DNA from: an uncultured Bdellovibrionales bacterium
GTDB lineage: Bacteria > Bdellovibrionota > Bdellovibrionia > Bdellovibrionales > UBA1609
Reading direction: 5' to 3'
Assembly (NCBI GenBank): GCA_938002015.1
Contig: CALLAU010000087.1
Location: forward strand, 9,920-73,919
DNA length: 64,000 nucleotides
Shown here: piece by piece, positions 36,901-45,908 of the stretch
Position numbering within the stretch: position 1 is the first letter of the stretch
Layout of the letters: every line of letters begins with the position of its first letter
Notes under the pieces: model-generated
Told to the model about the DNA's origin: nothing
What the model saw: only the letters and a program-made list of their open reading frames with translations
Database searches by the model: none
Made by a program: the position numbers and the translations under genes

Positions 36901-37228
36901 CAATTTGAACTGGATCAACTATGTTAATAATTGTATCTGAAATGTTAGCTAAGAAGTGACTACCCTGATTTCTTTTATTCTCCGGTATCATCTGATCAAG
37001 CATTCCAAGACAAGAAGACCTAATATAAAGAGCAAGCTCTTCATTTGAAAAAGTATAAAGCTCACCAAGACTTACTGGTGTAAAATTATAGACTTGATAC
37101 TCCCAGTCTTGAACAGCTCTAGACTGCTCAACTTGAGTTACATAATCAGGTCTTAATGGTTCTAGGAACTGTCCAACAGCTAAAAAAACTGCAAACATCA
37201 CCTGCCCTGTAGCGCTTAAAAACTCCAA
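33953..37228 (-). CDS. mrcA: Bifunctional class A penicillin-binding protein (PBP1A-type) with extra N-terminal and C-terminal regions
   Basis: GT51 motifs SIEDATFWNF and GGSTITMQLAKNL. Transpeptidase motifs RQPGSTVKPF (SxxK), YSQN (SxN) and KTGTT. 1091 aa. Confidence 0.9.
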   Translation of the reverse strand: MEFLSATGQVMFAVFLAVGQFLEPLRPDYVTQVEQSRAVQDWEYQVYNFTPVSLGELYTFSNEELALYIRSSCLGMLDQMIPENKRNQGSHFLANISDTIINIVDPVQIEKKQTSLIEPLEEFVLAESFEFIMRACDRDFPLNYLTAFNLRQAVDRYAKFYNEIPEWQSLSDLPELPEVSFVRDLENNIIGEFHKVDTIELDGEIETVRINRRTITNDIPLNLKKALVSIEDATFWNFEPEGSENYRGHKGVEFKSFMRAGQASASTDGIQGGSTITMQLAKNLILFNDVHVEQRKRKRSMFRKVRELILSSRLEKLLTKDQILDLYLNTIDFGRRSQGVEMASKSYFGKSIKDVELHEAALIAALPKGPNYYNPGSSNPDTVRRTLVRRNYVLKRMHDEGHISASDMTAAQQKPIEVISGSDVTEKEKYAHFYVSQVEKEISKKSDSTKGFDITVPIHHDLQKMAVESLQKGLLDFERRKGRLRVRSYEDRLPNIKSRLEDLSEGEASANLIALYPEVLEKIKARQPDLSQFEIGVILSNTEIGLKDGTVVRRHENDRNGKLAKVSSPDSEPKYLEAWDTVFLQKIKVNDDQFIYRIASTTKIQGGIVVIDNETGDVLATSGGFSIGAGARYKGPEANRSFISKRQPGSTVKPFTYLYALQAGFNPYNTVSNQRVRFPQRRDGERLCASWSPDSKRLQRDSMTMADGLAYSQNYATLNLMARASGAHASWNGNRLDYQGYDQDLSEGLRNVHTLMQRFGVYREGGFDRETCHPSLLGTKETTVANMAAAYSTIARGGEYIAPKLIEEITKNSDSVSDEFEINDIVISALLDDRRVSDKLPLDTYLLRTMLQGVVEKGTAKKIKRWSSVIAGKTGTTNSAKDTWFVGFNSRITVAVWVGYPDNSALGSNATGASVALPVFEYFMESFYEKFSDELQNVFDGAPEGLASVQVEPRTGFVVDSQLQNVYQNYTGRTSEIPSVTEYYVEGRGERGLIYYDGRVNTALADLFYDNLSDQRKNEISAQQKNYTDQLARNYQIYDQNCNYYLNQGYRENQISDCKSKRDTYDQYYVYEDFKKFFFIYYRFRTWESYR

Positions 37229-37444
37229 ATAGCCTCCAAATTAAGCATAATCTATTATAAATATTGGTTTTTTGCTTAAAAATATGACTTTTATTGCCCT
37301 TTTTTATAAAAAATTCACACCCCTGACAGTCATAAATTCACTATCTAGAGCGCCTTTCATAAGACCAGTTTCACTGTGGCACCGGTGCGAACCTCAGGCT
37401 CAGTCCCTATAATGTTTATTCAAACAAAATGAGGGGAGAACAGG

Positions 37445-39505
37445 ATGTTCAAATTTTTTATGGCTACAAGCGTAGCTTTTCTTTTTGCTTTTACTGCTCA
37501 AGCAAAAATTGATTTAAACCAAAAACATGTACCAGGTGAACTTATTGTTAAGTTTAAAAACGATACTTATAAATCCTCAATCGTTACTATGAGTGCAACA
37601 GAAAAAAATTCTTTTAGAGCAAGTAATGCTAAGCTTTATAAGTTTCCAAGTGTTTTAGATATGGAAAAAACAATTGCTGAACTAGAAAGTGATCCAAATG
37701 TTGAATACGTAGAACTAAACGGTATTTACGAGCTTCAAGCAAATATTCCTGATGATGAAAGATTTGATGAGCTTTTTGGAATGCATAATGAAGGGCAAAC
37801 TGGTGGAACAGAAGATGCTGATATTGATGCTTTAGAAGCATGGGATGAGACTGTAGGCTCAAGAGATGTTTTAGTTGGAGTTATTGATACAGGAATTGAT
37901 TACACTCATCCAGATATTGAAGCGAACTATTGGTCAAATCCTGGTGAAACGGGCTTAGATGCTGATGGAAATGATAAAAGTACTAATGGAATCGATGATG
38001 ATGAAAACGGATATGTTGATGACTTTAGAGGCTGGGATTTTATAAACGGTGATAACGATCCAATGGATGGAAACGATCATGGAACACATTGCGCTGGAAC
38101 AATTGGAGCTGTTGGTAACAACGGTATTGGAGTTGCTGGAGTAAACTGGGAAGTTTCTTTAGTTGGTCTTAAAATCTTTTCTGATGCAGGAAGAACAACA
38201 ACTGAAGCAATCATTGAAGCTATCGAGTACTCAACTATGATTGGCGTTGATGTTACTAATAACAGCTGGGGCGGTGGACCGGCTTCAGAAGCTATGCAAG
38301 CTGCTATTAGTGAAGCAAATGAAAAAGATATTCTTTTTGTTGCCGCTGCTGGAAACAATAGAAGTGATAATGATGCAAGAGACTTCTTTCCTGCTAACTA
38401 TGATATTCCAAATATCATTTCAGTTGCTGCAATCGATCATAATGATGGTCTAGCTTCATTTTCAAATTACGGCGCTACTAAAGTTGATGTCGGAGCTCCG
38501 GGTGTAAATATTCTTTCTACTTTTCCTGGCAATAGATATGGAGCAATTAGTGGAACTTCAATGGCCGCACCTCACGTTACAGGCCTAGTTGCTCTAGTTA
38601 AATCAAAATTTATAGATTCTGATAGCCAAAAAATTAAAGCTCGTATTTTAAATACAGGTGATAAAACAAACTCTCTTCAAGCTAAAACTGGAAGCGGGAG
38701 AAGAATAAACGCTGCTAACGCTTTAGAGATTGATGAAATAGCTCCTAACGCTCCTTCTGATCTTTCAATTCTTGAAACTGGAATCACCTCACTTACTCTA
38801 AGCTTTACTGGTTCAGGTGATGATGGAGATGAAGGAACTGCATCGGCTTATGAAGTAAAAGTTTCATCTGAACCTATTACAGAAGATAGCTGGGATAATA
38901 TTGAAGACACGACTCCCTTTGTTTATACATTTACAAGAGACGCTAAAATTGAAATTTCATCTTTAGAGCTTAACTCAACTGGCTATATTGCATTAAGAGC
39001 AATTGATAATTTAGGTAACATTAGTCCTCTTTCAGAAAATATTACTTTTGCAACAAGAGAAGTAAGCCTTGTTTATGCTAACAACCTTGAGTCTCTTGAT
39101 GATTTTTCTGCTCCAGGTGAATGGGGAATTGAAGAGATTGATGGTAAGAGCTTTTTAACAGAGAGCCCAAATGGTAAGTATACAAATAGTTTAAATACCT
39201 CAATTGTCACAAAGCCACTTAGTTTAGTAAATCAAGATAGTCTTTTACTTATCAACTTATCTTATGATTTAGAAAAAAGATTTGATAATGCATACATAGA
39301 CATTTCTACAGACAGTGGTGAGACTTGGACTGAAATTTCTACTTTTACTGGAGTCGGAGCATTGGCCGAGTACTCTTATGAGCTAAAAAGCTTTCTTGGT
39401 GAGTCTACCACTTTTCAGCTAAGGTTTAGAGTAAAAACAGACACAAGCCAAACTAGAGATGGTCTTAAAATTGATGAAATTTCGATTATAAGCGCTATAG
39501 ATTAG
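37445..39505 (+). CDS. Secreted subtilisin-family (S8) serine protease with propeptide and long C-terminal extension
   Basis: Signal peptide. Catalytic Asp in GVIDTGIDYTHPD, His in HGTHCAGTIGA, Ser in GTSMAAPHVTG. RBS GAGGGGAG and a TATAAT at 37408..37413 lie upstream. Confidence 0.93.
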   Translation: MFKFFMATSVAFLFAFTAQAKIDLNQKHVPGELIVKFKNDTYKSSIVTMSATEKNSFRASNAKLYKFPSVLDMEKTIAELESDPNVEYVELNGIYELQANIPDDERFDELFGMHNEGQTGGTEDADIDALEAWDETVGSRDVLVGVIDTGIDYTHPDIEANYWSNPGETGLDADGNDKSTNGIDDDENGYVDDFRGWDFINGDNDPMDGNDHGTHCAGTIGAVGNNGIGVAGVNWEVSLVGLKIFSDAGRTTTEAIIEAIEYSTMIGVDVTNNSWGGGPASEAMQAAISEANEKDILFVAAAGNNRSDNDARDFFPANYDIPNIISVAAIDHNDGLASFSNYGATKVDVGAPGVNILSTFPGNRYGAISGTSMAAPHVTGLVALVKSKFIDSDSQKIKARILNTGDKTNSLQAKTGSGRRINAANALEIDEIAPNAPSDLSILETGITSLTLSFTGSGDDGDEGTASAYEVKVSSEPITEDSWDNIEDTTPFVYTFTRDAKIEISSLELNSTGYIALRAIDNLGNISPLSENITFATREVSLVYANNLESLDDFSAPGEWGIEEIDGKSFLTESPNGKYTNSLNTSIVTKPLSLVNQDSLLLINLSYDLEKRFDNAYIDISTDSGETWTEISTFTGVGALAEYSYELKSFLGESTTFQLRFRVKTDTSQTRDGLKIDEISIISAID

Positions 39506-39529
39506 TACTTCTAATTAGATTAACTATTT

Positions 39530-39559
39530 AAAACCCAGCTTTTAAAAGCTGGGTTTTTT
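39530..39559 (+). terminator. Rho-independent terminator after the subtilisin gene
   Basis: AAAACCCAGC-TTTTAAAA-GCTGGGTTTTTT: perfect 10-bp stem followed by a T-run. Confidence 0.85.
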
Positions 39560-39784
39560 ATTTCAACATATTAATTAAAACTCTCCAATATTTCTAATTT
39601 GACCCTTCTAAAAACAAAAATATATGCACCACTTAGTCTTTGCAATCAAATTAAATTAAAGCCCTCTATATATTCGAGTTGAGATCCTTAGCACTCATAT
39701 TCTCAATCTGACCTCTAATGAAAGGTTTCATTCTTGAGATTAGTTTAAAAGTAGCCTTGATTATTGCTGTTAAGTATTTATCAG

Positions 39785-40252
39785 ATGAAAAAAATCATAA
39801 CTATAACTTTGTCTCTATTCGCAATAAATTCTTTTGCTGATCCTCAAGCAGAAACAGATGGAACATTATCTGTTGAGTGCACAGCAGCAACTCATTCTGG
39901 CAAGATTCTTACTGTGAGTACTTGTGTGAAAGCCCGTAATGAAGGGATTGACGGTAACGATCAAGCTGAAATAGTCCCTTGTAGTGGTGATAGCTTTGAG
40001 TGGGTTACTATTACAAGAAAAACCTCTGTTGCAAAACAAACACCTGACATGGTTGAAACTGTTAAGGTTCCAGGACGCTTATTTGATGTTGGATATGGAG
40101 ATGGCGAGTTTTCATTAAGACTAGATGATCAGTTAGCTGGTAAATTAAACTTAGTTGAATACTCTGAAAATTCTAGTGTTAATTTTTTGAATCTTGATCT
40201 TCCGTCTATGAATCATTCATTTAAAGCTTTAGGCTGTAGTTTTACTCTTTAA
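39785..40252 (+). CDS. Hypothetical secreted protein
   Basis: Signal peptide MKKIITITLSLFAINSFADP starting from the ATG at 39785. The ORF track starts at a TTG at 39764; the choice is uncertain. Confidence 0.45.
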   Translation: MKKIITITLSLFAINSFADPQAETDGTLSVECTAATHSGKILTVSTCVKARNEGIDGNDQAEIVPCSGDSFEWVTITRKTSVAKQTPDMVETVKVPGRLFDVGYGDGEFSLRLDDQLAGKLNLVEYSENSSVNFLNLDLPSMNHSFKALGCSFTL

Positions 40253-40335
40253 TTTTTAAAAATATGTTTTGTATTAAAAATAACTTAATCTGAGTGGCTT
40301 CAAACCCTTAGTTTCTATGAAGCCGGAGTAAAGCA

Positions 40336-40367
40336 AAGCTTGCCATAAAATTGGCAAGCTTTTTTTT
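40336..40367 (+). terminator. Rho-independent terminator
   Basis: AAGCTTGCCA-TAAAAT-TGGCAAGCTT perfect 10-bp stem followed by T7. Confidence 0.85.
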
Positions 40368-40432
40368 AATTTCAGAATTTAATTTTATAATTAGATTTAT
40401 AATCCGATCTAAGCAAATCAATTGAAGGATCA

Positions 40433-40933
40433 ATGGCATCGATATTGCCATCCGTATTTTCTGTGGCAAAAATAAGTTTAATCTCTCTACTTTGTTTTGT
40501 AGTCTTATTTTTTATAATCTTTTTATTAAAAGATTATTTAAATCCAGGAATCAATAATATATTATTTATTTCGTTTCTTCCTTTAGGGATCATTCTGTCT
40601 ATTGTGTTTGCAGGGCTAATACGCAATAGAGTTTTTTATACTCTTCAATTCGATGACAGCGAGATTATATTTGGATCTATAGAAAAGAATAACGGCAAGA
40701 GCAATAATTTTAAAAAAATTTTCCAAATCACCAAGAAAGACCTTCAACAATACAAAGGGTCCACCTTTAGAATATTAAATGATTTTCCAACTTATACTTA
40801 CTTTTCAAATCCTAGTAAGAAACAGTTTAAAATACCTCTGCTTTTTTCAACCATGATCTGGAAGGTACAGACTTTAATAATAAAGCACTTATCAACGATA
40901 CCCGCGGCAGCTTTTCTATATAGGGATTTATAA
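40433..40933 (+). CDS. Hypothetical membrane protein
   Basis: Two N-terminal hydrophobic helices (ISLISLLCFVVLFFIIFLL and ILFISFLPLGIILSIVFAGLI). No family recognised. Confidence 0.4.
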   Translation: MASILPSVFSVAKISLISLLCFVVLFFIIFLLKDYLNPGINNILFISFLPLGIILSIVFAGLIRNRVFYTLQFDDSEIIFGSIEKNNGKSNNFKKIFQITKKDLQQYKGSTFRILNDFPTYTYFSNPSKKQFKIPLLFSTMIWKVQTLIIKHLSTIPAAAFLYRDL

Positions 40934-41058
40934 AAACCAACTAAGAGCCTTTGAATACAAATTAAATACTACTGGATATGGCAAGCACTCTCGATTAGTG
41001 CTTTTAAAAAACAAGGGGCCTGTTCCCTGGTAAAAAAAAGACTCGAAGTTTTGTCAAA

Positions 41059-41135
41059 TGGTAGAGGCGGCTGGACTCGAACCAACGATCCTCCCGTTAT
41101 GAGCGGGATGCTTTAACCAACTAAGCTACGCCTCC
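41059..41135 (-). tRNA. tRNA with CAT anticodon (elongator Met, or Ile2 if lysidinylated), CCA encoded
   Basis: Reverse complement folds as a 77-nt cloverleaf: GGAGGCG-TA-GCTT-AGTTGGTTA-AAGC-A-TCCCG-CTCATAA-CGGGA-GGATC-GTTGG-TTCGAGT-CCAGC-CGCCTCT-A-CCA. Confidence 0.9.
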
Positions 41136-41184
41136 AATTAAAGAGAATTTAAACTAATACATTACATCTAGTTTGTTAAGCTCT

Positions 41185-41221
41185 TAAAAAGCAAATGCCC
41201 TAAAGCTAGGCTTTAAGGCAT
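41185..41221 (-). terminator. Rho-independent terminator after rpoD
   Basis: Plus strand ATGCCCTAAAGC-TAG-GCTTTAAGGCAT (12-bp stem, one mismatch). The A5 run at 41186..41190 gives a T-run on the minus strand. Confidence 0.65.
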
Positions 41222-41249
41222 CTTAAAACTATAAAATATATGACTAATT

Positions 41250-43100
41250 TTACTGCTCGTTATTAGTTCCAGGAGGAAGCTTACCTGCCCCACCTTCAGT
41301 AAAGGTATGAAGTTTAGCAGAACGACTAGGGTGTCTTAACTTTCTTAAAGCTTTAGCCTCAATCTGTCTAATACGCTCTCTTGTTACGTTAAAGTCTTGG
41401 CCTACCTCTTCTAGAGTGTGGTCACTTTCTTCACCAATACCAAAACGCATTCTTAAAACTTTTTCTTCTCTAGCAGTAAGTGTTTGAAGAACTCTTCTTG
41501 TTTGTTCAGCTAAGTTTAAACTTGCCATTGCCTCATGCGGGTTAACAACTTTCTTATCTTCAATAAAGTCACCTAAATGAGAGTCTTCTTCTTCACCTAC
41601 AGGTGTTTCAAGACTTATAGGCTCTTTAGCAATCTTTAATACTTTTCTTACCTTATCAACAGGCATTTCCATTCTATCAGCAATCTCTTCAGGAGTTGGC
41701 TCTCTCCCTAGTTCTTGAACAAGGTATCTTGAAGACCTTACAAGCTTATTAATTGTTTCAATCATATGAACTGGAATTCTAATAGTTCTTGCTTGGTCAG
41801 CAATAGCTCTAGTGATTGCCTGTCTGATCCACCAAGTCGCATAAGTTGAGAATTTATATCCACGTCTATATTCAAACTTATCAACAGCTTTCATAAGACC
41901 AATGTTTCCTTCTTGAATCAGATCAAGAAACTGAAGACCTCTGTTTGTGTATTTCTTAGCAATAGAAACCACCAACCTTAAGTTAGCCTCAACTAACTCA
42001 GATTTTGCTCTATCAGCTTCTCTTTCACCCTTCCAGATTTCAGTATAAGTATCTCTTACCCACTCAAAGAACATGTCTGTATCAGCTTCAAGTCTTTTAA
42101 GTCTTCTTTGGGCTATAATTGCTTCTTCAACATAGTCAGCGTATCTGCCATAAGAAAGACCTAAGTCTTTTGCAACTTTTTCCATTAACTTATCATTATC
42201 ACAAGCAGCTTCATACTTAGCGATCATTGAATCAACATCATTTGAGAAAGTGTATTTAAGAGCAATCTTTACTCTTCTTCTTAACTCAGTCATACGACCA
42301 ACTGTGTTTTTAAACTTAATCACAATTCTATTAATTGTTTTTCTATTAAAGTTAATGTTTTCAAAATCTTCCATTAACACAGTGTTTTCAGCATCAAGCT
42401 GCTTATAAACTGCTTTGCCTTGATCACTCTTATGTCCAAGTTTTTTCATCTCAGCAAAATACGGAGCAACGTTTTTTTGGTAGGCTTTTACAACACCTAA
42501 AAGCTCATGAATTTTATCAAGATATTCTTGCTCATCATACTGAGTCTCTTCATCTTCTAAGCCTCTAAATACTGCTTTAACTTTAATTCTTCCCTCACCA
42601 ACTCTTTCTCCAAGTTGAATGATTTCAGCCGTACCCATAGGAGACATCAAAATAGCTTTTACTATTTTTCTCTCACCCTGCTCAATACGTCTAGCAATCT
42701 CAACCTCTCCATCACGAGTAAGAAGAGATACGCTTCCCATTTTTCTTAAATATAATCTTACTGGGTCATTACCTTTTGTTTCAGCTTCTTGCTTAACATC
42801 TTCTTGATCTTCTTCTTGTTTTTCAGGATCTGCTAAGAAAAAGCTGTCATCCATTTCTTCTTCAGTTTGGGGATCAGCATCAAGTGCAGCAATAGTAACA
42901 CCGTTAACTTCCATGGCTTGCATAAACGCATCAAGTGCTACTGATGAAATGATTTCTTTTGGAAGTCCTTCATTAACTTCTTCAACACTTAAATTTCCAT
43001 CTTTCTCTTTAGCAATTGCTATAAACCTTTTTATTTCCTCTAAAACAAGTTTACTTTGCTGTGCCTCAGTTAACGTAGCTGTTTTTGTTTTTAATGACAT
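41250..43100 (-). CDS. rpoD: RNA polymerase primary sigma factor (sigma-70)
   Basis: Regions 2 to 4 nearly invariant: [73 protein letters not shown] and [30 protein letters not shown]. Confidence 0.98.
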   Translation of the reverse strand: MSLKTKTATLTEAQQSKLVLEEIKRFIAIAKEKDGNLSVEEVNEGLPKEIISSVALDAFMQAMEVNGVTIAALDADPQTEEEMDDSFFLADPEKQEEDQEDVKQEAETKGNDPVRLYLRKMGSVSLLTRDGEVEIARRIEQGERKIVKAILMSPMGTAEIIQLGERVGEGRIKVKAVFRGLEDEETQYDEQEYLDKIHELLGVVKAYQKNVAPYFAEMKKLGHKSDQGKAVYKQLDAENTVLMEDFENINFNRKTINRIVIKFKNTVGRMTELRRRVKIALKYTFSNDVDSMIAKYEAACDNDKLMEKVAKDLGLSYGRYADYVEEAIIAQRRLKRLEADTDMFFEWVRDTYTEIWKGEREADRAKSELVEANLRLVVSIAKKYTNRGLQFLDLIQEGNIGLMKAVDKFEYRRGYKFSTYATWWIRQAITRAIADQARTIRIPVHMIETINKLVRSSRYLVQELGREPTPEEIADRMEMPVDKVRKVLKIAKEPISLETPVGEEEDSHLGDFIEDKKVVNPHEAMASLNLAEQTRRVLQTLTAREEKVLRMRFGIGEESDHTLEEVGQDFNVTRERIRQIEAKALRKLRHPSRSAKLHTFTEGGAGKLPPGTNNEQ

Positions 43101-43193
43101 TCTATATGATTCCTTCTTAAGTACGTTCTAAATTCTAAATTTTTTATTCTTTATAGCCTTTGCAAATTACGATCCTACTTTTAAAAGCATGAT

Positions 43194-44996
43194 CTATAAC
43201 TTCCTTCGCTGCCTTTGAATATTCATGAATCGTTCCAAGTCATCTTCACCGGCTCCTTGCCGTATTTTGCCCCTGAGGGTTTTGGATATCGATTTTAGTT
43301 GAACTTTTTTCATAGACTGTAAACAATCTTCGAGTAACTCGAGCTTTTGTTTTTGATCTAACTGACTATAAGGCTTCTCCATAGTAAGTGTTAAAGCTCC
43401 TGGATTAGCACAATAACTAGCCAGAAACCCTACGAAATTACCAGAAGAAACACGCTTTTGTCTATAATTCTCTAGGAGAAAGCTCCAAAGAGTATTAATA
43501 CTTGAGTTTGAAAAGCCCACCTCTGAGCCAGCTAACTTTAAAAAGGCCTCTTCAGACTCTAGTGCCAAATTAAAAGCAATCAGTTCTTGGTCATTTCTTT
43601 TTGCCTGAATTCTTGTAAGAGAGATCTCTTTTAGAGGCTCAGGCTCTTCAAATCGAACCTGTGGCATTTCATGCCCAGATCTTATCAAACCATTAGCTTT
43701 TCTTTTCTTTTGAAGCTCATTTCTAAGCTCATTCATTCCTATTGAAAGCCTGACATCGACTTCTTGAAGGTAAATATTAATGAGAGCTGAGCTTGGTGGC
43801 AAGTGACTAATCATTGATACTGCCCAGTTTAAAGCCTCAATTTTTTGATGCGTCAGGCCTTCATAGTCTGACATTTTGCGGTCTAAAAGCGACAAAAATA
43901 AGTCCCTTCCTGACTTTAAAAGCTCTTTAAAAGCCTCAACTCCCTCATTTTTTATATAACTATCAGGGTCAGAACCTTGTGGAAGAAAGACTCCTCTTCC
44001 CATAAGCTCATGGCTTAAAATATGAGTTAGAGCTCTTTCACTAGCACGCTCCCCTGCTTCATCACCATCAAATACACAAACTACTTTCTTACACCATCTC
44101 TTAATTCTCTTTGCATGATCATCAGTTAAAGCCGTTCCCATTGTTGCTAGTCCATTTTTAAAACCAGCTGCATAAAGTGAAATCCAGTCCGTATAACCTT
44201 CAACTATAATAGCTTCATCATGTTGTCTAATATGTGGAGAAGCCCAGTTTTGTCCGTAAAGAATTCTTCCCTTCTTAAACAAATCTGATTCTGGGCTATT
44301 TAAATATTTTGGCTTTTCATCACCAAGAACTCTGCCTCCAAACCCTAGAACTTCTCCAGAGAAAGAAAAAACAGGGAACATCACTCTTGATCTAAATAGA
44401 TCAAAGTAACCACTCCCATCTTTTCTAGCTTTTATAAGACCAAGGTTTGCAGCAAGCTTTAAAGATAAATTTTTTGATTTTAAATAATCAGTTAATTTAG
44501 ACCAGTCATCAGAGGCCCAACCAATTTGTAATTCATCAAGTAATTTAGGATCTGCCATATCTCTATTTTTTAGGTATGAAAATACAGGATGTGAGCCTTG
44601 AAGTTTAATAAGCCTGGTTTGATAAAAATAAAGAGCTTCTGATAATATATTCTTCTTATCACTGAGTTCAGATTTATGTTCTTTTGGCATAAAAGAATTT
44701 TCTGGAAGAGGTATATTCGCTTGTTTTGCTAAGTATTCAATAGCTTCAGGAAAAGAATAGCCATAATGATCTCTTAAAAAACTAAATACATTTCCAGATT
44801 TACCGCAACCAAAACAGTGATAAAGTTGTTTTTCAGGAGAAACAGAAAAGCTTGGAGATTTCTCTTGATGATCTGGAAAAGGACAAAGCCCCATCATAGA
44901 TCTTCCCGAGCTTTTTAAAACAGTATGCCTTGAAATTAGTTCAACAACATCCGAAGACTCTCGTAGTTTTTCTATAAAGTCTTCTGAGAACTTCAT
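43194..44996 (-). CDS. dnaG: DNA primase
   Basis: Zinc ribbon CPFPDHQEKSPSFSVSPEKQLYHCFGCGKSGN. TOPRIM EGYTDWISL and DGDEAGERA. Confidence 0.95.
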   Translation of the reverse strand: MKFSEDFIEKLRESSDVVELISRHTVLKSSGRSMMGLCPFPDHQEKSPSFSVSPEKQLYHCFGCGKSGNVFSFLRDHYGYSFPEAIEYLAKQANIPLPENSFMPKEHKSELSDKKNILSEALYFYQTRLIKLQGSHPVFSYLKNRDMADPKLLDELQIGWASDDWSKLTDYLKSKNLSLKLAANLGLIKARKDGSGYFDLFRSRVMFPVFSFSGEVLGFGGRVLGDEKPKYLNSPESDLFKKGRILYGQNWASPHIRQHDEAIIVEGYTDWISLYAAGFKNGLATMGTALTDDHAKRIKRWCKKVVCVFDGDEAGERASERALTHILSHELMGRGVFLPQGSDPDSYIKNEGVEAFKELLKSGRDLFLSLLDRKMSDYEGLTHQKIEALNWAVSMISHLPPSSALINIYLQEVDVRLSIGMNELRNELQKKRKANGLIRSGHEMPQVRFEEPEPLKEISLTRIQAKRNDQELIAFNLALESEEAFLKLAGSEVGFSNSSINTLWSFLLENYRQKRVSSGNFVGFLASYCANPGALTLTMEKPYSQLDQKQKLELLEDCLQSMKKVQLKSISKTLRGKIRQGAGEDDLERFMNIQRQRRKL

Positions 44997-45002
44997 TCTT
45001 TA

Positions 45003-45449
45003 TTAACCAAGTGCACCTTTAACAAGGTCACTCACTAGTTTGCCATCAGCTTGACCACCAGTTTTAACTAAAACCTGCTTCATAACATTACCCATATCTT
45101 TCATTGAGCTAGCACCGGTTTCTTTTAAAACTTCTGCAACTATTTCTTTAACCTTTGCTTCATCAAGCATTTCAGGAAGGTAGGTTTCAATAAGAACCAT
45201 TTCTTCTTTATCTTTAGCAACAAGATCCTCTCTTCCTGCTTTTTGAAACTGATCCATAGCTTCTTTTCTTTGCTTAACAAACTTTTTTAAAACCGAAGTA
45301 ACATCTTCATCCGTAACTTCCTTAGGCCTGATTTCAATTTCTTTATTTTTAATTTGAGCATTTACAAAGCGAAGAACTTCTAATTTCTTTGAGTCTTTTG
45401 CTTTCATCGCTGCTTTAATATCATCTAAAATTTGCGCTCTAAGAGACAT
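45003..45449 (-). CDS. yqeY: GatB/YqeY domain protein
   Basis: 148 aa with LEVLRFVNAQIKNKEIE and GQADGKLVSDLVK blocks typical of YqeY. Confidence 0.85.
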   Translation of the reverse strand: MSLRAQILDDIKAAMKAKDSKKLEVLRFVNAQIKNKEIEIRPKEVTDEDVTSVLKKFVKQRKEAMDQFQKAGREDLVAKDKEEMVLIETYLPEMLDEAKVKEIVAEVLKETGASSMKDMGNVMKQVLVKTGGQADGKLVSDLVKGALG

Positions 45450-45512
45450 CTTGCTAACTTCCTTTTTGATTTATAATTTAAGTTTGCCAAGTAAAATAAA
45501 TTTACTCTCAAT

Positions 45513-45541
45513 CAAAAAGAGCTCCCTACAAGGAGCTCTTT
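45513..45541 (-). terminator. Internal hairpin terminator/attenuator between rpsU and yqeY-dnaG
   Basis: Plus strand A5-GAGCTCC-CTACAA-GGAGCTC. On the minus strand the 8-bp stem is followed by TTTTT. Confidence 0.65.
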
Positions 45542-45551
45542 AAAAAAAGTC

Positions 45552-45746
45552 CTAATCGAACTTTCTCACTTTTTTGTTGGCTCTTTTTCGAGCTGCAATT
45601 GATTTCTTCTTTTTTCGAATACTTGGCTTCTCATAATGTTCTCTTTTTTTAACTTCAGATAAAACACCAGATTTTTCACAAGACTTCTTGAAACGTCTAA
45701 AACCAGCTTCAAAGGCCTCGCCATCACGAATTTTTACAAATGCCAT
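45552..45746 (-). CDS. rpsU: 30S ribosomal protein S21
   Basis: 64 aa; [31 protein letters not shown] and a basic tail. Confidence 0.95.
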   Translation of the reverse strand: MAFVKIRDGEAFEAGFRRFKKSCEKSGVLSEVKKREHYEKPSIRKKKKSIAARKRANKKVRKFD

Positions 45747-45908
45747 ATGGTAAAATCACCACCTTCCAACAAAATTTCTGCATTAAAATACAGAGTCGCT
45801 CATATTTGATTCTTTAAGCTGTTTTGTCAACTTTTTAAGCCACATATTCTCTTCTAAACCCTTATATAACCTTAGTTTTATCCAAAAAGTTGTGATACCT
45901 AAAAAAGC

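Noticed and set aside
33953-37228. Possibility that the 1091-aa PBP ORF is an artefactual fusion or contains a frameshift
   Set aside because: A single uninterrupted frame carries the GT51 and transpeptidase motifs in canonical order. The extra length sits at the termini and at the usual interdomain insert.
37377-37392. TGGCAC hexamer upstream of the subtilisin gene as a sigma-54 -24 element
   Set aside because: The downstream GC dinucleotide is 9 nt from the GG rather than the required 12 (TGGCACCGGTGCGAA). A TATAAT at 37408..37413 gives a simpler sigma-70 explanation.
39764-39784. TTG start at 39764 given by the ORF track for the 162-aa secreted protein
   Set aside because: The ATG at 39785 begins a canonical signal peptide (MKKIITITLSLFAINSFA). 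The seven extra codons add nothing recognisable. Neither start has a strong SD, so this is a preference, not proof.
41059-41135. Initiator tRNA-fMet identity for the CAT tRNA
   Set aside because: It lacks the three consecutive G:C pairs (G29-31:C39-41) in the initiator orientation. It has a paired G1-U72 rather than a C1-A72 mismatch.
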